Of a stretch of 57,230 nucleotides of DNA, positions 26,460 through 38,436 are shown in pieces. The translations under genes and the position numbers were made by a program. The notes below the pieces were generated by a model. It worked only from the letters and a program-made list of their open reading frames with translations, ran no database searches and had not been told where the DNA came from. The stretch comes from Octopus sinensis (lineage: Eukaryota). Numbering within the stretch: position 1 is the first letter of the stretch; each line of letters starts with the position of its first letter. The stretch covers positions 1 through 57,230 of the forward strand of contig NW_021833631.1 in the NCBI RefSeq assembly GCF_006345805.1, in the 5' to 3' direction.

Positions 26460-27292
26460 CGTGGTCTGATGAATAAGTATCCGTACTGTTGCCATAGTGA
26501 CGAAGCTAAAGCACACAGAGTGAAGCCGCTTGGCGAAGATTGACTTTGAACACTGCTGTGCATGCTCACCAAGCTTTAACGTTCTAGCTCACTTTCGCTG
26601 TTTACAGCAGTGCTTGGAAGGAAAGTGTGAAGCGTGTGATCGTCGCAATAACCATGACAGAGAAAGCTGTCATGGCGATACCTGCTCAGATGCCTACGCA
26701 AAGTTACAGAAACTGTATGGAGAGGAGAGCATGAGCCGCATTCTATTGTACGAGTAGTTCAGACGTTTCCAAGATGACCGAAAAAATGTCGATATTGAAG
26801 AACCCTTATGGGAGATCCGCAACCAGCAGAACTGAGAAAAACATCGCAGATGTGCGTGCAGCTGTGAGGGGAAATCGTCGAATTATCATCAGTGAGTTAT
26901 CAGAGGATGTGCAGATCAGTTATGGTTCAGTTAAGTCCATTATCACAGAATTTTGTGCCAAAACTGCTTTCAGCTGACCAAGATCTTGATTGTGTCGAGA
27001 ACAAAGAGAACTTTTTGAAAACTTAGGCCTCTGACCAGGTATCGCCAAGCTGTTGACAAAATTTGATGCAGATTCCCTGCTCAACTTTCTCTGTCGGAGT
27101 CAATGCGACTATCACACGCTACACACCTTCCTTGCAAAACACTGCTGTAAACAGCAGAAATGAACTAGGTCGTTAGATCTTAATGCACATGCACAGCAGA
27201 GTCTAAGATCAATCTGTGCCAAGCGGCTTTACTCTGTGTGCTTTAGCTTCGTTACTATGGCAACAGTCTGGATACTTATTGAGCAGACCACG
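26460..27292 (+). mobile_element. Mariner fold-back derivative, 833 bp, TA on both flanks, arms of ~240-270 bp, N-terminal transposase remnant
   Basis: Arms 26460-~26700 and ~27025-27292 are inverted copies. KLQKLYGEESMSR and ATSRTEKNIADVRAAVRGNRRIIISELSEDVQISYGSV match a mariner HTH region. Confidence 0.92.
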
Positions 27293-27744
27293 TACATGCA
27301 TATATATTTCTGGACATCAAACTGATCCTATTCGATGCCTATAACGTATTCTCTTATGTTATGGATCTTTCACTATATATTTTTCTATTAAATTGTGTGT
27401 GTTTATTTACGGTTGAAATAATATCGAATTATGTGCTATTCTAGCACATTATCTCTCATACCTTGTCATTTTGTTTTGTCTTCTTTCAGCTGTATCTTAC
27501 TGCTCTTAATCCTCATATTCGTCCTCATCTTCATCAACTTTCTCTCCTCTTCCCCTGACTCTTGTGTCGTAGTTTCTATTTTCATAGAGCCTCTACCCTT
27601 ATTCCGCAAATCAAATTATTTGATCTCAAGCTAATACCAGTTCGTGTGTGTGTGGAGAGAGAGAGAGAGAGAGAGAGAGAGGGGGAGGAAGAGAGGGAGA
27701 GAGAGAGGGAGAGAGGGGGAGAGAGAGAGAGTGAGAGAGAGAAG

Positions 27745-28515
27745 AATTCCTTTACTGAAGTGTCCTCATCCTCTAGGTTGATGAAGTGCTGCGAGTGCAG
27801 GAAATGCCAGGGAGCAAGGTCCGGACTAGATGCCGGATGTGGTATCAGTTTGATTCGTACAAGTTTCTGATGTTTATATTGGGTCGTTCGATCGGTGTGA
27901 GGTCTTTCGTTGTCTTTCTACAGAAGAGCACACTTTCTTATTTCTTTATTGCCCACAAAGAGCTAAACATAGAGGGGACAAACAAGGACAGACAAAGTGA
28001 TTAAGTCGATCATATCAATCCCAGTGCGTAACTGGTACTTAATTTATCGACCCTTATCGACCCCGAAAGGATGAAAGGCAAAGTCGACCTCGGCGGAATT
28101 TGAACTCAGAACGTAACGGCAGACGAAATACAGCTACGCATTTCGCCCGGCGTGCTAACGTTTCTGCCAGCTCGCCGCTGTTAACCAATAGGTTTGCCGT
28201 ATATGTTTTCGCTCCAGCTGTTTGGAGTACTAGTTGGCATCGATGGTTCAACCGCTCGGAACAAACTCGTAGTGAATTCCACCGAAGGCATATCATCGCC
28301 TTATGTTTGAAACGCCCATGTTTGACGACAGGTTCAAAAGCAGGCCCTAGTGACAGATTTCTGAAGCAGGTCCTTGCTTAATCACTGCTTCTGCAAACTT
28401 GGATTGCGGAAAAATATTTTCTTGTTCCGGATTATATCTTGTTCCGATCCATTGCTCACTACTTGCGCTCAGGACGCTTCATCAATTAAGACGTGGTAGA
28501 TGTTTCAGTGAATGA
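27745..28515 (-). mobile_element. Mariner transposase fragment interrupted by a SINE
   Basis: Minus strand KHKAMICLRWN-IHYEFVPSG*TIDAN*YSKQLER (~28200-28330) and KLIPHPASSPDLAP (~27810-27860). Confidence 0.8.
27955..28180 (-). mobile_element. SINE family 2 nested in a mariner relic
   Basis: Head gcggcgagctggcagaaacgttagcacgccgggcgaaatgc...gagttcaaattccgccgagg. Confidence 0.9.
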
Positions 28516-28734
28516 TTTATTTACCTCGAAGGACAAGAACGGGTACAAGAGTGGGATCAAAGAACCAGCAGAAAGGTGGCTTCTGGTGTTGCAACACGAT
28601 GGCCTGTATTTTGACTGCTAGGCTGCTTTTGTTGTTGTTGTTGTTGCTGTGTGTGTGTATATGTATGTGTGTATGTGTGTGTGTGTATGTGTGTGGACAA
28701 AAGAAGTGTATTACCCCGCAGGAAAAGATTTAGG

Positions 28735-30238
28735 AGAATTTGTTTGGGGGTTTGAAAATGCGCCTGAATCTGTTTTTAAATTTTGCAAAAGATTTATTCA
28801 AATGCCAAACCGGTTTCGACAATTTTTTTGTTTATCAATGGTACAAAATATATAAATAAAGGGTTTAGGAGCATTTAAATTTATAGAGTAAAAACTGGAC
28901 AAACACGTTTTAACCTTCAAATGTTCACAGAAATTTCAATGAGTTTCACAGGGATAGCTGGTAATACAAGAGTAAATGTTTGATGAAGATCATAACAAAT
29001 GTACATTATTGAGAGTTCAGTCATATTGAATTTTTATTTTCAAAAATGTTGTGGGTGAGGCTGGGAAAGGAGAAAGAGAAAAATATGGAGAAAAAGTAAG
29101 TTTGTTTTTTTTGACAATTTCTATCGTGATGCGTGTAGTTCTTTTCTCGATTTCAGTCGAAGCGCACGGGTCTCTTCACCTTCTAAGCTTGATAGAGTTC
29201 CAAATTTTTTAGTATATTTTAGTTTTATGGCAAAGAATCAAGTTTTGATCGGTTGCAATTGCGATGAGCTTTTATGTTTTTCTCCTGGATATTTTGGTCA
29301 AAATATTTTTGCTTTGGAAAAGTCCCGCGTTCTGTTTGGTCGGTTTCCTGGTGACGTCATGTGTTTGTAAGAACGTTTTCATTCCTTGGTGATCACGGTT
29401 AGGAAACAAATTCTGATTGGTTGTAGGTTTCGTGCCGTCACTTGTTTTGATCAAAAATCTATTTTCCGTTTTCGAAATAATATTTTTGTTTTAGCAGAGT
29501 TAGCGTTCTGCTTGGTTAACTTCCTGGTAGGGACTCGGCAAGCTTTGTTTGCTTGATGGTCATCTAGCGTTCCGGTTGGTTGGGTCGGTTCGATGCTTAT
29601 TTATCTTTTTTCCTGAGAGTCTGGTTCTAACCAGAGAAAACTTTTCTTGATCTAATCTGACATCAGCAACTGGTGTTTGAAAAGGTGTATGGTGTTTTTT
29701 GCATAGTAGCTTGGAGTTGGGTGTCAAATTCCTGAGGAAGCGTCCAACTTAAATTTTTCAACTTATATTTGTTGTTTCTGGTCGTTTTTCGTGAATAAAT
29801 TGGGTTTTCTCTTCTGGTGTGTTATTATATGATATTTAGTTGTGCTCTGTATTTTTCAATGAACATACTTTCCTTATTTAATCAGAATCGGGTTCAACTG
29901 TTTCCGTTGCATTAATAGAGAGAGAAAACTTGGTATTACGGATTTATATTTGTGGGGCATTGATCTAAGTGTTTGCTTACAGAAAATTTCCTGGTCATTG
30001 GATCCCATAATCATTGAAATTTCTGTGAACATTTGAACATTTGATCGTTTAAACATGTTTTTCTAACTTTAAACTGTCCTAAACCGCTTATTTATTCGTA
30101 CCGTTGATAAGCCAAAAGTTGGAGAAACCGGCCAACCGGTTTGGTATTTGAATAAATGTACTACAAAATTACAAAATTTAAAAACGACTACATGTTTTGA
30201 GATTCAGGTGCATTTTCAAACCCTACAACAAATTCCCT
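28735..30238. mobile_element. Element bounded by ~210-230-bp diverged inverted repeats (28735-28945 and 30005-30238)
   Basis: gaatttgtt..gggtttgaaaatgc.cctgaatct...atttattcaaat.ccaaaccggtt...caaatgttcacagaaatttcaatga is present in opposite orientations. Confidence 0.7.
29100..30005 (-). mobile_element. PLE GIY-YIG endonuclease C-terminus plus 3' region
   Basis: Minus-strand frame DPMTRKFSVSKHLDQC...YQVFSLY...KESMFIEKYRAQLN*, typical of the PLE endonuclease end. Confidence 0.65.
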
Positions 30239-30277
30239 ATGTATGTGCGAGTGTGTGTGTGTGTACACACACACACA

Positions 30278-31435
30278 TATCTTGCCCATATGTTGGTTAG
30301 TCGGGCCGTCGGCTAGCCGACCGATTTACCGATCATTTATGGGATATCCGCCATCGAAAAGTGTCTCGTTGCCCGTCATTTTTGCTCTGCCGGCCATTCC
30401 ACTGCACACCCCACAGTCTTCAGTCTGGTCTCGCACCATGGATCTAACAGCACCACTCTTCACGTTGAACAACGCTACATTTTCTCGCTTGAAACCCATA
30501 TACCGTATGGACTTAATACCCATCGCCTTCCAGTAACATCCTCCACACACCTTTTTAAGAATAGTTTTTTAATCTTAATTTTTAAAAATTTTAATCTTTA
30601 AATTTTAAGTTTTAAGTTTTAATTTCTCTTAATTTTAATTCTTATCGATTTAAATTTTTTATTTAAATTATTCTTAATCTTCCATACACTTCTACACACT
30701 CACATACATAGCTTGTGCACACCCCCACATACGCATACTACATACACAGTTAGCGCGCACGCACACACACACATTTCCATATCTTGGCACGACCAAAAAT
30801 CTCTTCACATACACCAATACACACACACACACACACACACACACGTGCAGATATACATACATGCACATATACACACGCACATATACACATAGAGGCACAT
30901 GCAAACATTATTATACATATATACACACGCATACATGAATACACACACATACGTACACACAAAAACACATATATACATACACAGCAACACCAATGCACTC
31001 CCACACTTGTCATCTCACCTCTCACCACCAAATCTAACTGCAACTGCTAACCTGTCTACACCCTTACTCACACATCGTTCACATAAACACAAACATCCAC
31101 GCACACAGATACTGACACACACACTCACACTCACCATTTTTTGCACTTTGCTGTCTTAAAAACCACTTCCTCTATCTCTCTTCCTCTTCCGGTCACTTCA
31201 GCCATGTAACCACAAACTTTATTTTCTTGGACATTCTTTCTTCTCTCCGTACCTTTGCTCTCTCCTTTTTCTGACGAAGAGCCATGCTCGAAATGTTATG
31301 TTCTGCCTTTTCCTTTTATACTCTATACTTAGCGTCAACTTAATACATCCCATGTGTACATATACATGAGCGAGAGGAGTGAAAGAAATTGAGGGAACAA
31401 ATTTCAGCATCCCACTCTAGCGTCTTCCCATTACA
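30278..31435 (+). mobile_element. PLE 3' fragment: GIY-YIG remnant (30278-30540) plus terminal repeat with HHR (31267-31300)
   Basis: YVG*SGRRLADRFTDHLWDIR..VARHFCSAGHS...EQRYIFSLETHIPYGLN, with one frameshift. Confidence 0.88.
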
Positions 31436-31599
31436 ACCATGATTATGTATATGTCTGTGTGTTTTCATCTCTCCATATCTGAAATGTTATGTATGCATTC
31501 ACATACATGTATACATACATATACATACATATATATATACATATACACATATGCACACAAACATATATGTGTGTAACTCGTGAATACCACAGGCGATTT

Positions 31600-31760
31600 T
31601 TTTTCCTCTGTCCTCCCGTCTCGGGATCTTTCCTTCTCCCATGTTTCCGACGAAGAGCTCCGCTCGAAACGTCAAACCTTCCTTCTTCCCTTCTTTCCTG
31701 AGCGTCCAATAATACTTTATTTGTTCCCAATCCTTGCGCTGTTGTCTTTTTGTTTTCCTT
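31600..31760 (+). mobile_element. Second PLE terminal repeat with minimal HHR (31643-31677)
   Basis: gttt CCGACGA a gagc-tcc-gctc GAAACGTC aaac. Confidence 0.75.
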
Positions 31761-31770
31761 GTTTGGATTA

Positions 31771-31823
<53 letters not shown>

Positions 31824-31994
31824 TTTATTTATATGCACACGCATGCATATATATATATATATACATACATATACACACACATACACACACTTATGTTTGC
31901 ATCGTCGAATTTATGCGCATAAATAGACGCACGTAGCCATCCTACCATCCATCCATACATACATACATCCAGCCAGCCAACCAGCCAGCCAGCC

Positions 31995-32078
<84 letters not shown>

Positions 32079-32152
32079 GGCTGGCGGGCTGTCTGTCTAC
32101 TTACACGCGCACACACATGATGCATTTCTCTGTGTCTGTGTATGTATGTATG

Positions 32153-32190
<38 letters not shown>

Positions 32191-32754
32191 AGTACGTGTG
32201 TGTTTGTGTGTGTGTGTGTGAGTACGTGTGTGTTTGTGTGTGTGTGTGAGCGAGAAAAGGCACGTGTGGTGACAGTCGAGCACGTTTAATATTACACAGT
32301 TAACATTAAAAGCATGGAAATTTATAAGACAGATGTGGCTAAAGTATTACACTGCGATATCTCATAAATCACTGCTTCAAATGATATACAATAGCATACT
32401 TCTCTGCCGTTTTCTCGCTCACTCTTTTTCATACGCTTTTTCTGTCTGTCTGTCTGTCTCACTGTCTGACTGACTCTGTCTCTTTGTCTATCACTGTCTG
32501 CTCGTCTGGCTACCTTTCTGTTTGCTGTTTGTATACATTTTGTCATTTTCTCTGAATTCCACTCTTCCTCACCCTCTTTCTGTTTGTATTCCCCCTCCAC
32601 ACATATTCAATTTATTCAGCTTCTCGTTTTGTCCAGCTACTTGGACTGTTTACGAATATTTTCTCATACTTAGTTCTCAGCTAAAAATGATTTGCACATT
32701 AAATACTTTAATTAATTTGCACCATAATATTTATATTGTTGTTATTGTTGTTAT

Positions 32755-33195
32755 TACTGAGTGAGAGAGTAGCGCGTGCCATTAGACTGACAATGGGGTA
32801 CAAATATACCCATCATGAATACCTTCTTATAAGGGTACATGAGGCACATACATGACAATATGTACGTGAGATGACGCTCACGTATCAAGGTAAACAGCAC
32901 ATGGCCTTGCAGGTGGAGCCCAGCTAAAATTTTATTCAGTTTGAGTAGCCCATCTCGCTCAAAAGGTCCTTGAAATAGGGTTATTTAAGGAACGAAACAC
33001 TCATGTTTCGAGAGGTGAATTATTCAAACCCATAGAATTTCTCTTAACATATGGCTATGATGCTCTCCCACTACTTCTGCTCGTGATCAGAGATGCATAT
33101 ATCGTCAGCCACTAAGGGACATGCTCGACTGGTTAAGGTCAAACAACTGACAAGCAAATCTGTCTCATTGAGCAGAATATTTGCTGTAGCCTATC
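32755..33195 (-). repeat. ~440-bp probable interspersed repeat of unknown class
   Basis: GC-richer non-coding block between microsatellite and LINE DNA. It resembles an abundant octopus repeat from memory, which I could not verify; there is only one copy in this window. Confidence 0.4.
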
Positions 33196-33224
33196 TTATT
33201 ACCTTTGTACATATATTACTTCCT

Positions 33225-36190
33225 ATTATCATTTTCATAATACACACATCAGATTAGACAGTTGGAAAAGAAAAAAATCCTAACATCGGGCTATAACAAC
33301 TAACGTTAGATGCCAAGAACCATCCTAAGTATCCTAGTTGTCCCAAATAACAGTTTTCTGAATGTGTATTAAACTGTGTTTTACGCCTATTTCCTATATC
33401 CATCAGTTCAGATCTTTAGGGATAATTCGCAATGCACCTATAACTACAGGGATACATTTTACCCGTACTTTCCAAAGTCTCAGTAATTCAATGGCTAGGT
33501 CCTAGTAATTTGTTATTTTTTCTATACCTCTCATATTGATGTTTTCATCATTTGAGACTGTAAAACCAATTATCTGGCAATTTCTATTCTCTTTATCACT
33601 ACTAAATCAGGCCTTTTAGCTTCTATTATTTACACCAGTTTGTTGCTTTTTCAACTTGTATTTCTTACTTTCTATTACTTTACTAGGTTCATGTTCATAC
33701 CATTTATCAGTATCTTAAAATCACAGCTTTCTGTACAACTCCCGGCAGATTGCTCTCCCGAGATTGTCATGTCTATTCTTGTATTCATTCTGTGCCAGCA
33801 TGCTACATTCTCTTACTATATGAATAACGCTTTCCTCTTTTGATTTGTATAACCTACTTTCGGAATCTACTTGGTTTTTGTTTATCTTGGCTTTTATCCA
33901 ATTAGTCCTAAATGTTTGATCTTGTGCAGCTGCTAACAAACTTTCTGTCTCCCTTTTCAGCTTTCCTTCCTGCAGCCACAACCATGTCTCACTACTACTA
34001 TTTGCTGAAACTATCTTTGGGAATCTACCATGCAACGCCTTCTCCTGTCAATCAGATAATTTCTGTTCTTTTTCTGATTTTTAAGTTCGTTTGGGTTTTG
34101 GGTTTCCTATGTCTTGCTATGACTCTAGCAGCTTTTAATAAACTTTCTTCACTATTACCTACATAAGAGTCTATATCTAGCTAACTCTACTCAGTCCCCT
34201 ACTGATATGAGCCCTCTTCCGCCTTCCCTTCTTGGTATGTATTAAGGAATCTGTCTCTTTTTCATTCTTACGAAAACGCTTCAGATCATCCACGTAGAGC
34301 AACTTGTTAATTTTTCCCTTATTATTTCTGAACTGATACCTACCTTTTCCCTCCTTAATAATAAAGTGAGGGGAACCAAACATACGACAAATATTAAAGG
34401 TTAGAACGCGTCCCCCTGGATAATTCCTCTTTTGATATTAACTTGCTCTAAGAGTGTGTCAAGTGAGTAAAGATCTACTTTAAAATTTCTTCATGCTAAA
34501 GCTAATTAATTCTCTTATTTTGTCTTCTACACTGAATGTACTCAAACATTCACTTAACCATGATTGTGGGATCGTTTCATAGGCTTTCCTATAATCTATC
34601 CATGCTATTGTTAGAAATTTTTTCTAGCTTTTACTTCATTTAGAACTGTTTTGTCTATGTATAATAGATCATGCATTCCTATGGCCTTCTTCTTGCAACC
34701 ATTTTGTTCTTCTGGCAGTAAATTCTGATTGTCAAGGTGCTCGTAAATGCTTTCTAAAAGCCTTCCTGTTAACAGCTTCCATACTAATGGTAAGCAAGTG
34801 ATTGGTCTATAGTTGCTAGCTGTATTACCTTCGCTATTATCTTTCATAATGAGTATTATCCTCCCTCTAGTCAACCAATCTGGCATTATTCTTCCATTAA
34901 GACAATCCTGAAGTTGTTCCCTCATCTTCCCATGTCAGCTACTAACTTTCTTTAGCCAGTACCCTTCCAATTTAGTATTTTCTGTTATACTTTACTTATT
35001 GATGCACTAGTTAGTCTTAGATCGGACTGCTTCTCACTCACTACTTCTCTCACTTTCTTTAACCATACTGCACCTCCATTATGATTGACTGGCTTATCCC
35101 AAGTATTATTACAGAACTTTCTAGCTTCCTCTGCTTTAGGTTTCTCATCTTCAGTAATTCGTTGTCCACTATTTCTTTGGTTATAAAATCTCCTCTGGTC
35201 TGTCTCAAATAATCTATTCTGTTGATGCTGATTTATTCTTTTTAGATATCCGGAGAGCTTACCTGCTACTGCTATGATACGCTGTTTCAACGCTTGTATT
35301 ACTGTCCCAAATCCTTTCTCTTTGACAAGGTGTCATTTCTCAAAGAAGGATTTGCTTCTTTGTTTCCTAACTTGTTTGTTTTCCAGGCTTCTTTTCTACT
35401 CAGATCTTGTCTTAGTCTTCACTTTATTTTGTAATCTCCTTTTCCACATTTGCACTTGTTTCATTTTCCTTGTGAAATATCTTATCTTCTACTGACTACA
35501 ACCCTTCCTGTGCAGATAAATAATTTAGTGTCTCCTGTATTTTTAGTATCTGTCATACTGATTACAGAATCTACTTACCAAGTCATTTATAGGAGCTTCC
35601 TTGTCGGTGCCTTTTAATGCTGGTAATCTTTTCCTTACTTCTTTACTCATTACTTCCCACGACTCATCTAAAATGTTCTGAACTTCTTCACTTGAGTTAC
35701 TGAAGTCGCTGGATAGTCGTCAGTGATAGCGCTATTATTACTTTTGCTTTTCGGTCCTTCTTTGGTTTGATGTTCTTTGTCTTTTGTACTGCCTGGTCTT
35801 TCTTCACCAGTTCTCTTGTGATCTCTTCTACCCTCAATTCTCTCATTCACTTTCTTCTCCTAATAGCATTAGCTTGATGTACTAATCTCTGCTGAGTCAC
35901 TTTAAACATACCCCTTGCTACTCAAAGTGTTAACATCTGTTTTTTATAGCCCCTTCTTTTAGGTTCACTTTCTAAGTAGCACTGCACCACCGTCCTATTT
36001 TCTTCGCTGGTCCACTTCCTGCGCCTTGCTATATTTTCTGCTGATGCTGTATTAGGATGACAGTTGTGGTCAGTTTGCATCTTTACTGAACCATTATCGA
36101 GCAAGAAGCATTCCCTTAAAGTCCAGCTTCATTTTCGCTGTTACACCAGAGTTTCTTCGGAAACCTCTGTCTGTCATAAACTGAGGTAAG
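33225..36190 (-). mobile_element. R4/Dong-like non-LTR retrotransposon, near full-length and decayed (RT, CCHC and REL endonuclease)
   Basis: NYRPITCLPLVWKLLTG, IAWIDYRKAY, LLYVDDLK, ESVIHIVRECSMLAQNEYKNRHDNLG, and a C-terminal GTTRILRMVL; 5' end abuts an (ATT/ATC)n array. Confidence 0.9.
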
Positions 36191-36194
36191 GTAA

Positions 36195-36199
36195 TTATT

Positions 36200-36255
<56 letters not shown>

Positions 36256-36263
36256 TATTATTA

Positions 36264-36315
<52 letters not shown>

Positions 36316-36323
36316 CATTATTA

Positions 36324-36416
<93 letters not shown>
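36195..36416. repeat. (ATC)n(ATT)n microsatellite at the 5' end of the R4/Dong-like element
   Basis: Seen directly. Confidence 0.98.
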
Positions 36417-36789
36417 GTCAAGATGAAGAGCGCGATTCGATTAGATACTTTGTTGGTTGATCGATATTTCGACAGTAAGTCTGTCTTTGTCAAGTTCAAA
36501 GTAAGAAATGATAAAATTTCAAAATTATAGAAATTTAAATTTAAACAATGGACGAGAGCAACCAGCGTCCACACGTTGATGGAATGACATCATCAGTCTT
36601 TAAGTTTCAGTTTTATAACAGGCGAGAAGAAAAAGACAGAAAAAAGACAGAAAAAAGAAGAGAAAAAAGAAAAGGAAATAGAAGAATATTTAGTCAAACA
36701 GTTTTGTATAAATTTGATGATATTGTCCTGTCATTCTATTCAGTTTGTAACATTTCTACAGGGCACTACATTCGAATTTCCTTTATATT

Positions 36790-37050
36790 CCCCTCGATGT
36801 CTTCTGAGACACTGTTTTCAAGGACTCAACAATAATTAGCACTATGTTAACCTTTTTTATATTCCATAGCCGGTCTATTTCGTAGCATTGCATCACTATC
36901 CTGTTTTCTTCGCTAGCCCACTTCCTCCTCCTTGGTCTATTATCTGCTGATGCTGTATTGGGATAACGGTTGTGGTAAGGCTGCATCATTACTGAGCCAC
37001 TGCCGGGCGAGAAGCCTTCCCTTAAAGGTCTAGCTTCAATTTTCGCTGTT
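36790..37050 (-). mobile_element. Second R4/Dong-like 5' fragment
   Basis: Homologous to 35920-36145 (PNTASA..RRRKW.SEENR.V.QCY); 5' end joins (TAA)n at 37051-37071. Confidence 0.85.
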
Positions 37051-37070
37051 ATTATTATTATTATTATTAT

Positions 37071-37478
37071 TCTTTTACTCTCTTTTACTTGTTCTGTCAA
37101 TTGACTGCGGCCATGCTGGAGCACCGCTTTAGTCGAGCAAATCGACCCCGGGACTTATTCTTTGTAAGCCCAGTACTTATTCTATCGGTCTCTTTTGCCG
37201 AACCGCTAAGTAACGGGGACGTAAACACACCAGCATCGGTTGTCAAGCAATGCTAGGGGGACAAACACAGACACACAAACATATACACAGACACACACAC
37301 ACATATATATATATATATACATATATACGACAGGCTTCTTTCAGTTTCCATCTACCAAATCCATTCACAAGGCATTGGTCGGCCCGAGGCTATAGCAGAA
37401 GACACTTGTCCAAGATGCCACGCAGTGGGACTGAACCCGGAACTATGTGGTTGGTAAGCTAGCTACTTACCACACAGC
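37071..37478 (-). mobile_element. SINE family 1, full-length
   Basis: Reverse complement of a near-consensus copy, with (ttttactc) tail and internal (CA)n/(TA)n. Confidence 0.92.
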
Positions 37479-37799
37479 CTATTATTATTATCATCATCAT
37501 CATCATCATCATCATTATTTTTATTCACTGCGGTGTACATAGGACGTGTTTTCAAACGCTCCGGATTGGTTCAGTTTAAAACATTTATTTACACCAGTTT
37601 GCTGCTTTTTCTTTATTTAGTTTGTTCCAAGTTGTCAATATAAACACCAGGAACCTGCCACTGTTTTTTTTTGTTTTGTTTGTTTAGCCCATCGAGCGGC
37701 TATATTCGGCCCACAAGATAAGTTCGGTGGTCCATTAATTTAAGTTAACCAAATACAACTTCCACAAGATGGTGAAGCGCGTCTTGAAACATTTGAGAA

Positions 37800-38271
37800 A
37801 AAAGGAAAACTACACCCCCCCCCCGTAAATCTGGTGACTGCTGAAGATTGCTCTCCTCTTTGCTCCGTTAATGGAAACAATGCAGGAGAAGGGGAAGAGA
37901 AAAGCACAAGTGGGAAAACACAAAGTCCACCTCGTAGTAACAGCAGTGTAAACATTGTCAACAGCAATGGCAGCAACGACAGCAAGAGCTGCAGCAGTGA
38001 AGGCAGCAGCAACAGTGATGGAAGCAACAGCAGCAGCAGTAGTAGTGGTGGCAACAGCAACAACAATGCAACAACAATGCAAAAGACAGCAACATCCGCA
38101 GCAACAACAACAATAGCGAAGATATCAACAATAATAGCAACAAGACTAACATCAACAACAGCAACTGCAGCAAGAAGAAGATGATGACGATGATGATGAT
38201 GGTGGTGGTGGTGGTGGTGGTGATGATGATGATGATGGTGGTGGTGATGATGATGGTGATGATGAGGATGG

Positions 38272-38313
<42 letters not shown>

Positions 38314-38396
38314 CGATGACGACGACGACGATGATGATGATGACGACGAAGATGACAATGAAGAAGAAGAAGAAGAAGAAGAAGAAGAAGAAGAAG

Positions 38397-38436
<40 letters not shown>

